64,000 nucleotides of DNA from the human T2T-CHM13v2.0 reference genome, Homo sapiens. The DNA lies in NCBI RefSeq assembly GCF_009914755.1, contig NC_060926.1; one strand, written 5' to 3'. A program made the position numbers and the translations under genes. The notes beneath the pieces are model-generated. The model was not told the origin of the DNA, made no database searches, and saw nothing but the letters and a program-made list of their open reading frames with translations. Shown here one piece after another: positions 23,511-40,051 of the stretch. How positions within the stretch are numbered: the stretch's first letter is position 1; the number at the start of each line of letters is the position of its first letter.

Positions 23511-24579
23511 TCATTTAACCTTCAATATTAGATGTATTTTAAGCTGCCGTAAATATCTTTTGGAAGTAGGTGAGTTTTAAGTGAAGGAATGAATGAATGA
23601 TGGATGGATGACCCAACAATTCAGCTATCCTCTAACCCAGTATGTGGCCAACACAGAGCCTGTGCTCACTGTCCTCATCCTGCTGGGTTTCTTGAACTCA
23701 GGGTGGCTCCATCTGCACAGCAAACCACACCACCAAGGCTGGCCCCTCCTAGCTTTTCAACCCCATTGCCACTGTAGATGCCTTGGCAGGAAATCCAGCC
23801 AGGCTCATCCTAAAGAAATCCCATTCCCTTTGCTAGAGCAGGAGCAGGAAGCCCATGCTGTTGGCTATAGAGAGGAGCAGTCAGCTCAGGCACTGCTCTC
23901 AGCTCTGTTACCAACCAGGTGTCCAAAGAAGCTGAGTATCCCTCTCTCTGGGTGCCAGCATACTCCTCGTTTGTTTTGGGCTCTCAGAGGTCAACTGTGG
24001 GCAGTGACTCATCCAGTGGATTATGAAATGGAAGAGGCTGAGGCTGGCCTCAGGTGCCAGTTCCATCACTCCTTCAGTGAGCCACCCCTCATGCTCCACC
24101 CTTCCCTGACAGCTCAGCTGCACCTGGAGCTTTCTGAAATGTCAGACCATGGTTCTCTATATTGGAAGAAGCAATGATCTCAACACCAAACTCTTCCTGT
24201 CCTCATTCGGGGACCTTGATGCCTTGAGAGTTTCCTGTTGCACAATCTGTTTGTCTGTAGAGAAGTGGCATCCAGAGGGTGGTAGGGGAGGAAAAAAAAA
24301 TGAAGTAATGGGACAGAGCAGATACAGGTAAAGAGGGCCTTAGGTCCTCAGGAAAGGGGAAAGGGAGGGATATGGCCCTTCCCTCCAGGTCCTCATATTT
24401 GTTGCCCCTTGTTCTGGAACGGACCCAGAGGCTTGCCTTCAGAGGGTTCTAATTTACTCTGTATTCTGTGTGGTAAAAGCAAGAGGCAGCATGTCCAGTG
24501 GACTGTGAGACTGAGCACTCTAAAGCCAGTAGGGTCAAGTCACTGGTAGCCCACTGGCACCTTTGAAAAGCAGAAGAGG

Positions 24580-24883
<304 letters not shown>

Positions 24884-25344
24884 GAAAAGTAGAAGAGTTG
24901 CCATTTATTTGCCTGGGGTGCAGTGCAAGCTGACACTCAGGTACACTCACCCCTTGGTAGGTGCCCCTGAGAAGGACACAATTTGCCAACTGCAAGTGGT
25001 GGCCCCAGGTAAGATGCCTCACTCATTGGCAGGCACTCTTGGTGGATCTCCTGAGAAGGAGCCATACAGATTGTCTGCTGGTGTGGGTGATCTGTGCAGA
25101 CAGCCCCACTACAGTTGTGGACTGGGCCTCGAATGTGTTTCTCTGGCAGTGGTGCATTGACTGGACCCACACAAAGCCTTCCAGCTCATCAGCCTTCTTG
25201 CTAACGCAATGTGTGCAAGAAGAATTCAGGATCCCCTGTATTTGGTATGTGTGTGTTGGGTTTACAGTCAAAACCAGACAGAGGAAGTCTCTCTCTGATG
25301 TCAAATATCAGATATTTGGAAAACTTTTTCAAAACGCCAATATA

Positions 25345-25570
25345 ACACAATGTTTAAGAGTACAGACTCTAGTAGCAGACTTGTCCATTTAAATCCTGGC
25401 ACCACCGCTTTCCACTGATGCCAATGGAATATTCTTTAACTTCTTTGAGACTTTATTCCTCTATCTTTACATAAGGATGATGCCTACTTCCTACGGTTAA
25501 TGTAAAGATCAAATAAGACACTGTGTGTGAAGCACCCATCCCATCATAAGTACTTGATGAACTATGATTA
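25345..25570 (+). mobile_element. MIR SINE
   Basis: ttaagagtacagactctagtagcagac...tttaaatcctggc...tgtgtgaagcacc. Confidence 0.65.
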
Positions 25571-26543
25571 GACAAGATATCTGAATGGCTGTTTCGTCTT
25601 TTGACCTGGAAGCTTGGCTAGAACAGTTTTAAACAGTTAAAAATGAAGAGAAATCAGTTAAACAAATGGTGCTTTTAGAAGATGCTGGAAGACAGAGGAT
25701 GATCTGGATGACCCCTTTACTTGCAAAGGCTTCAGGATGATGTCTGCATGAGCACACTGAGCTGTTTGTCTCTTCAACAGGGTGACTCTCGAGTAATGAT
25801 GCTGGCCAGTGCCACCCCTAATTGAGTTTTAATTACAGTACTTCCAGGAACAATGAAGTGAAACCTCTGTTCTCCTTGCATAATTAAATTTAGGTTAGCA
25901 TATCTGGAGAATTCTTAGCCCACACATGCACCACTTCTCCTTGTCTGAAGAGGGATTTCAAAATTGGACATTGTTGTTTAACGGATGGAGTTAAAGAATG
26001 ACACATGGGCTTTGCTCCTCTTTAATTACGAATAGTTAATTGTAGAAAGAACCTAATTAGATTGCCCACCAGCGGGAGATGTAGGTGGAGATGAGATGGA
26101 TCTCTTCATTAGCTATGGTTCCAAGGAAAAGAGGCCAAGGAGGTTTCCAGGCAGGGCAGTCATAATTTTGAGAGACACTGCGGTCCGTGGAAGGGGACTG
26201 ACTTTGTGAACCTGCAGGCGCTTTGGAGCACCTACATGCTGAGCACCTAAGTTCCAAGCACCATGCTTGTCTCTGAAAGCAGCCCAAGGAAAGGAAAAGA
26301 CATGGTCCCTTTCCTTGAGATGCCATTAGCTTGTTCAAAAAAACAAAATTAGCATGCTGGAAGCAGAGAAAAAGGAGACCTTCCTCAAAACCTAAACCAT
26401 GAGCTACTGATGACAGGTTCTAACTGGCGTCCAAGAAAGCAGCTCACTGGAAACTGCAATGGCTTGCAGAATGCTGTGTGGAACCCAAGTCCAAAATCAG
26501 TCTCTATCGTTATAAGTGCCGAAGGCTTGACTGGTTAAGTAGC

Positions 26544-26776
26544 CTAGTGATTCTCAACTGAGGGCGATTTTGTGTCTTGCCTCTCCTGCATAGGACTTTG
26601 GCAACATCTGGAGACATTTTTGGTTGCCCTAACTAAGCGGGTTGTTACAGGCATCTCGTAAGTAGAGGCCAGAGATGCTGCTAAACATCATGCAATGCAC
26701 AGGATGGCCTCACCCCACCCCCAACAAAGAAATATCCAGCCCCAGATGTTCAGAGTACTGAGGCTGAGAAACCCTG
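26544..26776 (+). mobile_element. MER20 hAT element
   Basis: agtgattctcaactgagggcgatttt...gatgctgctaaacatc...gaggctgagaaaccctg. Confidence 0.88.
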
Positions 26777-27629
26777 GAGTAACCTGTTCTGGATCCAGGG
26801 CAGCAAGCGTGGCAGAGAAGTCTCTCGTGCCATGTCAAAGTGTGGCCTGAGACAGACACGTGCTTCCAATCAGCCTCCAGGAGCAGCCACCATCAGGTCA
26901 CCTGTAGAGAAGGTCCCAGCCTGTGTTTCTTTTGTAAATGGCCGCAGGGTAGCTGCTCAACAGGTTGATCAGCAGTTGGCGAGGGAGTGTGTTCTATAGC
27001 TTGGCCACCAGGTGGAGATCGTGGGCTGTTTTTTTGCCATGGAATAGGTGCACCTGAGCTGGACCGGCCTACCCAGAGAGAGGCGTTTGCTCCTGGTTGC
27101 TTTCTCTAAGCCTCTGGTAGCCATCAGGAAGAGGGACTTTGAGGAGACAGAGGCATGAACTGGAGAGAGTGCTCAATATCCTCTTCTTGCTTAGCAATCC
27201 CTGGGCGTTTACAGCTCTGATCCTCCTTTCCAAACATTGAGATTTGCACCCTGGAACTTTTCTGTTAGCAGTGTCTATTCTGAAGGGGTATTTTGCTCCA
27301 CTGTTATAAATGTGCCCTGTTGTTTCTGTCTGGAAGACAGACTGGGGAATATGAGATAGGGATTGGGGAGGTGGGCAGATGGAAGAGCTACATGGCAGAG
27401 GTTGGCGCATCCCATCCCTCAGGTCACGATGTATGCCTGATGCTCTGCACACATGACCTCATTTTACCTCTTGGTGGACCATTTTAGATAGAGGCTTAAC
27501 AACAAGCCAAAGTTGCACATTAAAGCCAAGTCCAGTCCTCCCCACGTCCCCACAGAGCCTCTTCTTCGACATCAGTGTAGGAGTTTCCTCATCTGTAAAG
27601 TCATGGGACTGGACTCAGGCTGGTTGCCT

Positions 27630-27745
27630 TCAGGGAACCATGTAATTTATCACCTGAGCAGGACACTTGGGAGAGTGGGAGGGAGCACTAACAGGACAGT
27701 GGTTGGGACAGCAGGTGCAAACCTGGACACGAGGTCAGCCTGGCT
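27630..27745 (+). mobile_element. MER81-like hAT-Blackjack MITE
   Basis: agggaaccatgtaatttatcacctgagcaggacacttgggagagtg. Confidence 0.55.
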
Positions 27746-27954
27746 AAGTGACCCTTCCTGTCTAATACCCTCAGCTTCTGAGACCCAAGCGGGACTGTTT
27801 TCAGCTTCCATGACATTCATGAACATCATCCGGTGTAGCCATAAGGGAAGACCTGGGGGTAGAAAGAGAGTGAGAAAACTTGAAAGGCTGAGACTTTGGG
27901 GGCAATGCCTAGGACCAAAGGGGCACACTACCTCAATAGTTGTGTTCCAGGTTA

Positions 27955-28706
27955 TGAGTGTGTCACTTATCACTTTATTGCCTCACTTCTCCCAACCCAT
28001 ACTTCATTGCATTGCTTGTGATACTGGAGGTGAATCTTGCCAACACGTCTCTTTTGCAACTGGCACGATGCTCAGCTTTGCCAGTAGAGGGTGGTAGAGG
28101 CACACTGCAGGGGGAAGGGCTTCTCTGCTGGTGTCTCTGTGCTCTGCTTCCTTCTTGCTCCCGCGGGGTTCGGGACACCCAGTTGCAGCCTCCCTCAAGG
28201 ACTTGCAGTGGCATCCCCTGTGTGCAGCTTTCTAGCGAGTTCTGCTGGCACCTCGCCCAGCTTCCAGTGAGTTCAAAAGCACCCCTTGAGGGCTTCGCCG
28301 TCCCACCAGTCCCCCAGCCGATTTTTCAGAAAGTTCAGCAGCGTTTCCTCCAGGCAGCTTCCCGGAAAGGGTTGCTGTCACCCCCGGGGGCAGTTTCCTG
28401 TTGGACAGTCTCCACCTGTCACCTGGGCAAACTTCATTCTCCAGTGGGGACAGCCCCATGCTCTCCCGCAAAGTCTGATTCTCATCCTTGGTGGTGAGAG
28501 GGGAAGCGGGTGGGGTGTCCCACATTTGTTTTCTCCTCGGGCACTTCGCTTAGCCTTTAGTGCCTGCCCCATATATCTGCCACCTCTGTAAAGTGCTCCC
28601 TTTACCCTCAGTAGCCAATACCCTGATACTCCCCTGTTATTAGTTAATAATTCTTAACTTTCCCATTTAAAATCCTGTGTGGTTTTCGTCTCTTGTTTGT
28701 CTGATA
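27955..28706 (+). mobile_element. LTR41-like ERVL solo LTR
   Basis: gctttgccagtagagggtggtagaggcacactgc (decayed CTCF-type motif of this family); end tgtgtggttttcgtctcttg...ctgata. Confidence 0.6.
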
Positions 28707-29025
28707 GTTTTCTTTCATTTTTCAACATCTATTTTTGACTTTCTTTTTGTATTTGTCCTGCTTATCGAGGACCTTGTTTGTAGAAATGCATCAAGAAATA
28801 AATTCTTTCATGCCACCAAATTCAGGAGACTCGAGTGAGTATGCTAAGTGGTTTCAGATAGCTGACCCTGAAAGTGTGCAGAGCTGAGCAATGTGTATGG
28901 TTCCCCCAAAGCAACTGTCCCTATGTCTTCAAGTTCCCAGGGTTTAAAACACCATGTTGCTTATGCCACTGGGCAGCAAGAAGTGGGCAAGTCACCTCCC
29001 CTCTCTAGGCCTCAGGATCTCCTTT

Positions 29026-29455
29026 TGTGTCCGGAGTTGGTTCCTTCCAGTGAGTTCTTGGTCTGGCTGACTTGAAGAATGAAGTCGCGGACCTTTATGG
29101 CGAGTGTTATAGCTCTTAAAAGTGGTGCAAACCCAAAGACTGAGCAGTAGCAAGATTTATTGTGAAGAAGGAAAGAACTAAGCTTCCACAGCATAGAAGG
29201 GGATCCCAGCAGGTTGCTGCTGCTGGCTGGGGTGGCCAGCTTTTATTCCCTTATTTGTCCCTGCCCACCTTCTGATGATTGGTCCATTTTACAGAGTGCT
29301 GATTGGTCCATTTTACAATCCTTTAGTTAGACACAGAGCGCTGATTGATGCATATTTGCAGAGTTCTGATTGGTGCATTTACAATCCTTTAGCTTGACAC
29401 AAAAGTTCTCCAAGTCCCCACTAGACCCAGGAAGTCCAGCTGGCTTCATCTCTCA
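29026..29455 (-). mobile_element. LTR12 (LTR12F-like) 3' LTR of HERV9
   Basis: tgtgtccggagttggttcc... to ...ggcttcatctctca; repeated tgattgg (CCAAT) units; polypurine tract immediately adjacent. Confidence 0.9.
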
Positions 29456-30221
29456 ATCTCCCCTCTAAACAGGACACCCCAACTGCTGTTGGGAATTGGG
29501 AGATGACTGCTCTAGCTACTTCCTGCTGGATAGGGGTGAAGAAGGGGCCCTGCAGTTGTAGTGTCCTCCAGAGGGGAACTCTTTAGGCCAGTGTAAGGGC
29601 CAGCGGGTCGGTCCAAGGGTCCTCACCAGAAGTTGTTAGTTGAGCTCATTTGGGGCTCCATTTGTAAGATCATCTGTAGTTTGATGGCCTCAATCCTAAA
29701 GGAAACAAATTTTACAAGGAGGTTAAAAATGCAGGGCCCGAAGGTGAGTAATAGTAAGCTGGCTGTCACGGTACCTAGAAAGCAGAGAAGCCATGTCGCC
29801 CAACTCCAGAGGTTGGTATAAGAGTTTGAAAGGCGTTGTCTGATTTCAGAAGCCTTTTCCTGTAAACGCCGGGCAGCATCTCTTACTATCCCTGACTGGT
29901 TAGTGTAAAAACATCACTCTTCCCCTAAGAAGGTGCAGAGTCGTCCCTTCTCAGCAGTAAGGAGATCTAGGCCTCGGTGATTTTGGAGAGTCACTGCTGC
30001 CAAAGAGTCTATTTGGGATTGCAGAGGAAGGATAGATTTTGTTATTTCTTGCAAACTGCCTGAGAGGCAGATATAGGTTGAAGTTCCACATAAGAAGAAT
30101 ATGCCTTGGCTGGGTAGACAGAAATTTACCCTGGCTTTTAAAGGAATAGGGTACACTGTTTTTTCTTTACTACTTCTATCTCTCTCTTTCTCTCTCTTTG
30201 ACTCCTTCTTTGTCTGTCTCT
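29456..30221 (-). pseudogene. env: HERV9-type env remnant with internal deletion
   Basis: Translation CLPSQGIFFLCGTSTYICL joined to SLQEITKSILPLQSQIDSLAAVTLQNHRGLDLLTAEKGRLC (immunosuppressive domain). Confidence 0.85.
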
Positions 30222-30962
30222 CTTTTGTAAAATGAGAGGGTAGGACAAGGTCATCACTAACATACCCTCCAGCTGTAAGAGTCTGAAATTCTATAGCTGG
30301 ATGTATGTTCCAGAAACATCTGTACTTTCTCATTATCCACACATGTATAATCATCAGTCTGGCATTCAAGCTGAGTTGTTTCTTAGCCTAGTGAAAGCAT
30401 CACTTCCAATAAATGTGCAACCACCTCTTGGAAGGCCAACACAACTTACTGTGTTAGTCATTTACCCTTTAGTGAGAATGAGTGCAGAAAGATCATCTGA
30501 TCAAATAACCCACCTTTGTAGAGAAGATAATGGAGGCCCAGAATGATTAACTGACTTGCCCAAGGCTGCGGGGTTGATTCTGACAAAAGCAGGACTAGAA
30601 CCCAGGATGCTTGGGTCCCCGTTCAATTTCTCACACCATATTGCTTTTGCACCAGTGTTTAAGTTCTCTGTCAGTTCTTTTCTTGATGTTATATTTGAAT
30701 GGCAGTAGGAAAAGAAGCTACTGTACTCCTTGGATGGGGTGGGGGAATGTTCATCGTTCACAGGAGAAAAATACAAGGAGATTTTGAAGGAAGGACTAGG
30801 GATTCTGAAGATAAGTTATTCTTCTGGCTGATGGTGAATGCAAATTAGCTTCATGCATTTCCTTAAACCAAAGCACTTTAAGGATGTTTTTGTTAAGGCC
30901 AAATACCTCACACGTCTGGTACAGTAAGCAAGCTCTTCACTTGTCTTTTGTTTGATCTAATC

Positions 30963-31178
30963 CAACGGCTCTCAACTGGGGCCAACTTTGTCCCTCAAAG
31001 GACATTTGACAAAGTCTGAAGCATTTTTGATTGTCCCAACTGGGGAGGGTGCCTGTTGGCATTTAGTAAGTAGATGTCAAAGATGCTGCTAAACATCCTA
31101 AAATGCACAGGACATCCTCCTACCACAAAGAGTTATCTGATCCAAAATGTCCATAGTGCCAAGGTTGAGAAACCCTGA
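30963..31178 (+). mobile_element. MER20 hAT element
   Basis: ctctcaactgggg...gatgctgctaaacatccta...ccaaggttgagaaaccctg. Confidence 0.88.
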
Positions 31179-31607
31179 TGTAGCCAAACATGTTTCTTAA
31201 TATTATAGAATTGCAGAGCCGAACAGAGGCAACTCCCATCCAGCTCAATCATAACCTCTGTCTGCCTCTGACCAAGGGTCAGTCAGCTTCTGCTTGAACT
31301 CCTTGGAGAGAGTCAGAGACCTCTGGGCTCCAGAGATTATTGGAGAATTTGATGCCATTCTGGTTACCCTCAGGGTCCTACGATGAGAAGTTTTCTTTAT
31401 CACTCTCTTCTTTTTAAAACTATGCAAATAATATTGTAATAACAATACCACAAATTAAAGAGGAAATAATTCATCCTAAATTTTGCCACCATTCCAAAAA
31501 ACTGTTCCCATATTTCTGTGTTACATGTTAGATGTTACTATAGTCACACCTAATTTTTCTGAAACCACAAACTGTTTTTTGTTTGACATTTTATCATAAG
31601 CATTTTT

Positions 31608-31804
31608 TTTATTATTATACTTTAAGTTTTAGGGTACATGTGCACAACGTGCAGGTTAGTTACATATGTATACATGTGCCATGTTGGTGTGCTGCACCCA
31701 TTAACTCGTCACTTAACATTAGGTGTATCTCCTAATGCTATCCCTCCCCCCTTCCCCCACCCTACAACAGGCCCCGGTGTGTGATGTACCCCTTTCTGTG
31801 TCCA
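31608..31804 (-). mobile_element. 5'-truncated L1PA3/4-like 3' end with TSD
   Basis: L1PA 3' UTR; TSD tatcataagcattttt at 31592-31607 and 31805-31820; TTTT/AA endonuclease site. Confidence 0.92.
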
Positions 31805-32399
31805 TATCATAAGCATTTTTAAGGTTGTAACAACTGCTCATTATTGATGGCTATCAAAATGAGAAATGATCCTTGGTGTAATGATGCCTTCCCCAATTGT
31901 TTGACACTTAGGTTGTTGGTTTGTCTGTTGTTGTAGGGAATACCACTCCAACAATCATCATGCATCAGACTTGTCCCATGTTTCCAATGCTTTTTTTTTT
32001 TTTCTCAGTATAAGCCTCCCAAGTAGGGTTATCAATTCAAAGGACAATTTTCCTCTATTGTCAGAAGAGGCCATTACCAAAACCTCTGTGGCAGAAGCAG
32101 GTAGACACCGTTGCACCATTGGAGTCAGTCCCTTAAGCATTCTAGGTACCACGAGGAAGTTGGCAGACGATTTTCTGGTAAAATCTCTGAAGCATTTCTG
32201 GTGCCTTTACTTCTGAAACCAGCACCTTCACTAACATCCATAAAGTGTGTCTTTCATATTTATGACCAATTGAAGACAAGGATGTTATCGTTTCATCAAA
32301 GGGCTCTCTAGCCTTGCACCAGGCCCATGGGTGCACCTCACCTCTTAAGCAACTGTATCAGCAGCGACCCTGGAGATAGAAAGATGCAGTCTCCTTAAT

Positions 32400-32585
32400 C
32401 AGTGATGCACAGAATTTCATGAGCATCTGGCCCACCTGGGAGGCTTTTTAAAAACACAGTTGCCCAGGCCCAACCCAGACCTACTGAGTCAGCATCTCTA
32501 GGACTGGGGCACAGGCACTCATATTTTTTAGCAAGCTGATTTCAATCCATGGTCCTGAGACCCACCAAATTTTGAGAACCACTCT
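32400..32585 (+). mobile_element. MER5A/B-like hAT element
   Basis: cccagacctactgagtcagcatctctagg...tttgagaaccact. Confidence 0.75.
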
Positions 32586-33052
32586 TCTAAATAATCCCTG
32601 TTCAGTGAGGAATATCTGGAATACCATCACTTAGAATTTCTGTTTCCTTTGGGGAAACAGAAATTCCTCAGTCTAGACATTTGAATTAAGCAGCAGGGCA
32701 CAGATTGGCTCAGAGTTAGATGTCACTCTCTGTCTTTACCATCAGGAGATCAAAGTATCTCCTCAAAAGAGTAAAAAGTTGACACCTAACATGTCATGTC
32801 ATACTGGGGATTCAGGAGCAACAAAGAAAGCTGGGGGCTTAGTGAAGGTTGGCGGGTAACTGGGGGCTTCTGACTGCTGACAAGGCTCTGTCTCTTGACC
32901 TGGGTGTTGGTTAACTGGTGTTTATGCTATAGTAATTTCTTAAGCTGCAGATTTATATTTGATGCTTTTCTGTACATGTGTTATATTTCACAGTAAAAAA
33001 AAAGTTTAAAAACTTTGACTTGCCATTTTCAAATCATGGATATAAAGATTGT

Positions 33053-33274
33053 CAATAGATCAGCAGCCTAAGTATAGTTAACCTTAATTGATTGTACATC
33101 TCAAAAGAGCTAGGAGAGAACAATTTGAATATTCCAGCATAATGATAAGTATTTAAGGTGATGGATATCCCAGTTACCCTGATTTGACTATATGAATGTA
33201 TCACATTATCACATGTACCCCCAAAATATGTACATCTAATAGGTATCAATTAAAAAAACATTTTCTTCATTAAA
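33053..33274 (+). mobile_element. L1MA 3' end
   Basis: aggtgatggatatcccagttaccctgatttga...cacatgtacccccaaaatatgtaca; flanking repeat aaagattgt. Confidence 0.8.
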
Positions 33275-33429
33275 AAAGATTGTAAAGAATCATAGCTACA
33301 CATATATGTGCTAGAATTATAAATAATTACTAAGAAATGTCAGCCATACCAAACAATATATATATATGTTATATATACACATCTGCATACGTGTATATGC
33401 ATGTGAGTGTGTGTGTGTGTATAGTTTAT

Positions 33430-33895
33430 TATCCATCACTGTACTTGCATCACTTGCAGCCTCTGCAGATCCTTAGGGATCCTTGTTCCCCATCATGTAG
33501 CACTGCCTCCTCTGAATAATAACTGTTTGGAAACAGATGAGCCTCTGAATGCTATGATGAGATAAGGTGGGACAATCAGATGTTCTCTCTGGGGAATCTG
33601 GACTACGAAATGTCCAGAAAATGAGTCCGTGACTAGTAGGAGCTAAGTCTGGAAGACTGTAGTGTAGAGAGAAGCCAAGATACACCACAGAATTATGAAA
33701 TTGTAATGGAACAGACATAAGAGAAATAGAGAAGCTAGAGAGAAGAGCACGTGGCCCAGGAGAGAAACTGTGGGAATCTCTGGTTCCTAAAGCAGCCGCT
33801 GTTGCTGGTAACATTCCATTAAATTTCTTTATAATAATCTCCTTTTCTCTAGAGTAAATTGAGTGGGTCTCTGGTTGTTGCATTATGATCTCAAT
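33430..33895 (+). mobile_element. Old ERVL-type LTR (LTR67B-like)
   Basis: gggacaatcagatgttctctctggggaatctgg...taaattgagtgggtctctggttgttgca. Confidence 0.45.
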
Positions 33896-33898
33896 TAA

Positions 33899-33905
33899 AT
33901 ATATA

Positions 33906-33937
<32 letters not shown>

Positions 33938-34065
33938 CATGTGTATATACACATATATATACACGTGTATATACATGTATATATATACATGTGTATATAC
34001 ATGTGTATATATACACACACATCTCTATGTATACACATATATATACATATATATATAAACATATA
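33899..34065. repeat. (TG)n/(TA)n/(CA)n alternating purine-pyrimidine tract
   Basis: gtgtgtgtatatatatatacatgtgtatatacac... Confidence 0.9.
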
Positions 34066-34329
34066 TTTTTTAAATTTCTTTGAATAAAAGACTGGAAGGT
34101 AAAACACCAGACTGTTAGCAGGGGTTATCACTATTTCAGGTAGTAGTATACCTGGTGATGTTAATTTTCTTCCTATACACTATTCTGTATTTTCCAAATT
34201 TGGAGGAATAATAATGTATTACTTTTATGATCAGTTAACAAAATTTTAAACCTATCCTTGTATAGTGCTCCTGGACACAGATGATCAGTCTCCCTGTCTT
34301 CAAGGAGTTTAGGATCAGAAACCAGCAGC

Positions 34330-38027
<3,698 letters not shown>

Positions 38028-40051
38028 TAGAGATGCCTACTGAAACACTGGAAACACTTTCAGATGAAGTGACACAATCTCTGGGCTGGGCTGGGAAGCA
38101 GGTGGGGAGATAAGAGAAAGGATTGGCTATAAGTGGGTGATTCCTGAACCAGAGCGAAGGCACGTGAAGATTCATTACCCTATTCTTTCATGTTTGCATA
38201 TGCTTAAAAATGTGTCTTTGAAAAGCTAAAAAGTTTTAAAAATGAACTTGGATGAAAGGACTATATGAATAATAAATATATAAAACATTGGTGAATAATC
38301 ATAAAAGTGAGTGTGTGGAGGGGACCTGGGGATGAGGAAATGTATTTAGACAAGAGAGCCAGGAAGAATGTCATTGTCTTCCAGTAAGAGTGATCATCTG
38401 GTTAAGGTCATACGGTCCTGTCTCTTGTCTCTGTCCCCAGGTGATGATCCACTTCCTTGTGGCGGCAGAGAACTGGATAGGTGTTGAGACTGTGCCTGGT
38501 GGAAGCTGCCTGTGTGGTGAGCCACCTGCTCCAGATCAGGAAAAGCACAGGCTCTGGGTCAGGGCTGGCTCCATGCCCACCTCTGCCACAACTCCATTGT
38601 GTCCTTGACCAAATACCTCCTTGTGTTTCTAATCTGTGAAATTGTGGCGCTGGACTTGATGATTGTTGAGGTTCTCTCACATTCTGCAGCAGGGTGAAGA
38701 GTGAATGCAGTGACCCACTCTCTTCCCATTCCTCCAGACTTTTCTGGAAGTCCAATTTGAGGCACCTCAACTTTCCAGAGCAGGGCCGTAACCCAGCAAA
38801 TGATGGAGGAATCCCCCCTACCAAATCTCAGCTGCTCACTCAATATGAGGCTGGGTCCGAAGCACCAAGACAGCATTGATCTGGGCTTCAGATCCTCTGT
38901 TTAAGAAGAGAATGCATTTTAGGAAACTGTCATTTTTAACTTGTTCAAACAAAAGAAGTCTTGTTTTGAGAAGGAGAGCTCTCAGTCATCTGAAAAGATC
39001 CCCAGTATGCCTCCCCACTCCCCAGGCCCCCGTCTCTGATGGTGTAGGATAAATGGCTAATCCTTTCTCAGGATTGAGGTAGGTTCCGCTCATGTACTTT
39101 TTGCTTGTTCCATTTTGATATCTTCAATGCCATTGCCACTTACACCTTTGCAAAATGTGAGAAAGGAGTAATTTCATATCTGAATATCAACTAACAGCAA
39201 AAAGGCTCAGAACAAGGGTGTCTGTATTCAAAAAATAATACCGTGCTAATGAACAACACCACAGAGAGTGCAGCAACTCTGATTTCTAATGGAATTTGGA
39301 AGAGGGGCTCATTAGAGATTCAAGGCTTGTGACTCAATTTAATTAAAATTTGAGCTGGTAGAGCTTGGAGAAACCAGCCCAACGAATGAGATTTAAAAGA
39401 GAAGGAGGGGAGAAAAAGGCAGGATATTGACACGATGAAAGGAGACCATAATTAAAGGATTAATTATGACAATAACAATAAAAATCGTTTCATCCTCACC
39501 TTCTGTCTGCAGTTGGACAAAGTCCTTTGTGAGGCAACACTAGGCTGAGGCTGGATTTTGTGACCCAAAGGCAGGGAAATACCAGGACCTTACAGGAATT
39601 ACCTCTACATCCATCATCTAGATGTTCTACATATTCAATGTTTGGGGCCTCATTTAACTGAATCATCTCCTCCAAGTCTCTACTTCATGTGATAGGTACA
39701 AACTCACCTGCCTCATTTAAGGGAAGATTTCTCTAAAGTCCTGAATCATGATTTAGATGTCCCTGGCCCAACAGTAATTTGTAAAATAACAGCAAGAAGG
39801 TCCAATAAAATTCTCTTTTCTCCCTGCTGGTTACTTGAATGACTTTTGGGGGAAAGATTAAAAAGTCAAGTATTTTTAAAGTTACTTTTTTCTTCTCCTT
39901 GTTTTTCCCCAAGAGCTTGCTGCTTCTGCACAGTGGGTCACCCAGCTCTGCATGGGGGCAGCTCAGATAATGGACACAACCACTTCATAGTTCTGAATTT
40001 ATTTCTTTGGCTGTGCACCATCCTCTCTTTTAGGTCTTGGAATCTCAGGGA

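Noticed and set aside
23593-24177. 194-aa ORF in unique sequence
   Set aside because: No recognisable homology, splice structure or processed-pseudogene hallmarks; a lncRNA exon cannot be excluded without expression data
27513-28591. 194-aa and 179-aa ORFs
   Set aside because: They run through MIR, MER81-like and LTR41-like repeats
26544-31178. Two similar ~220 bp segments as a local duplication
   Set aside because: Both are independent, diverged MER20 copies with unrelated flanks
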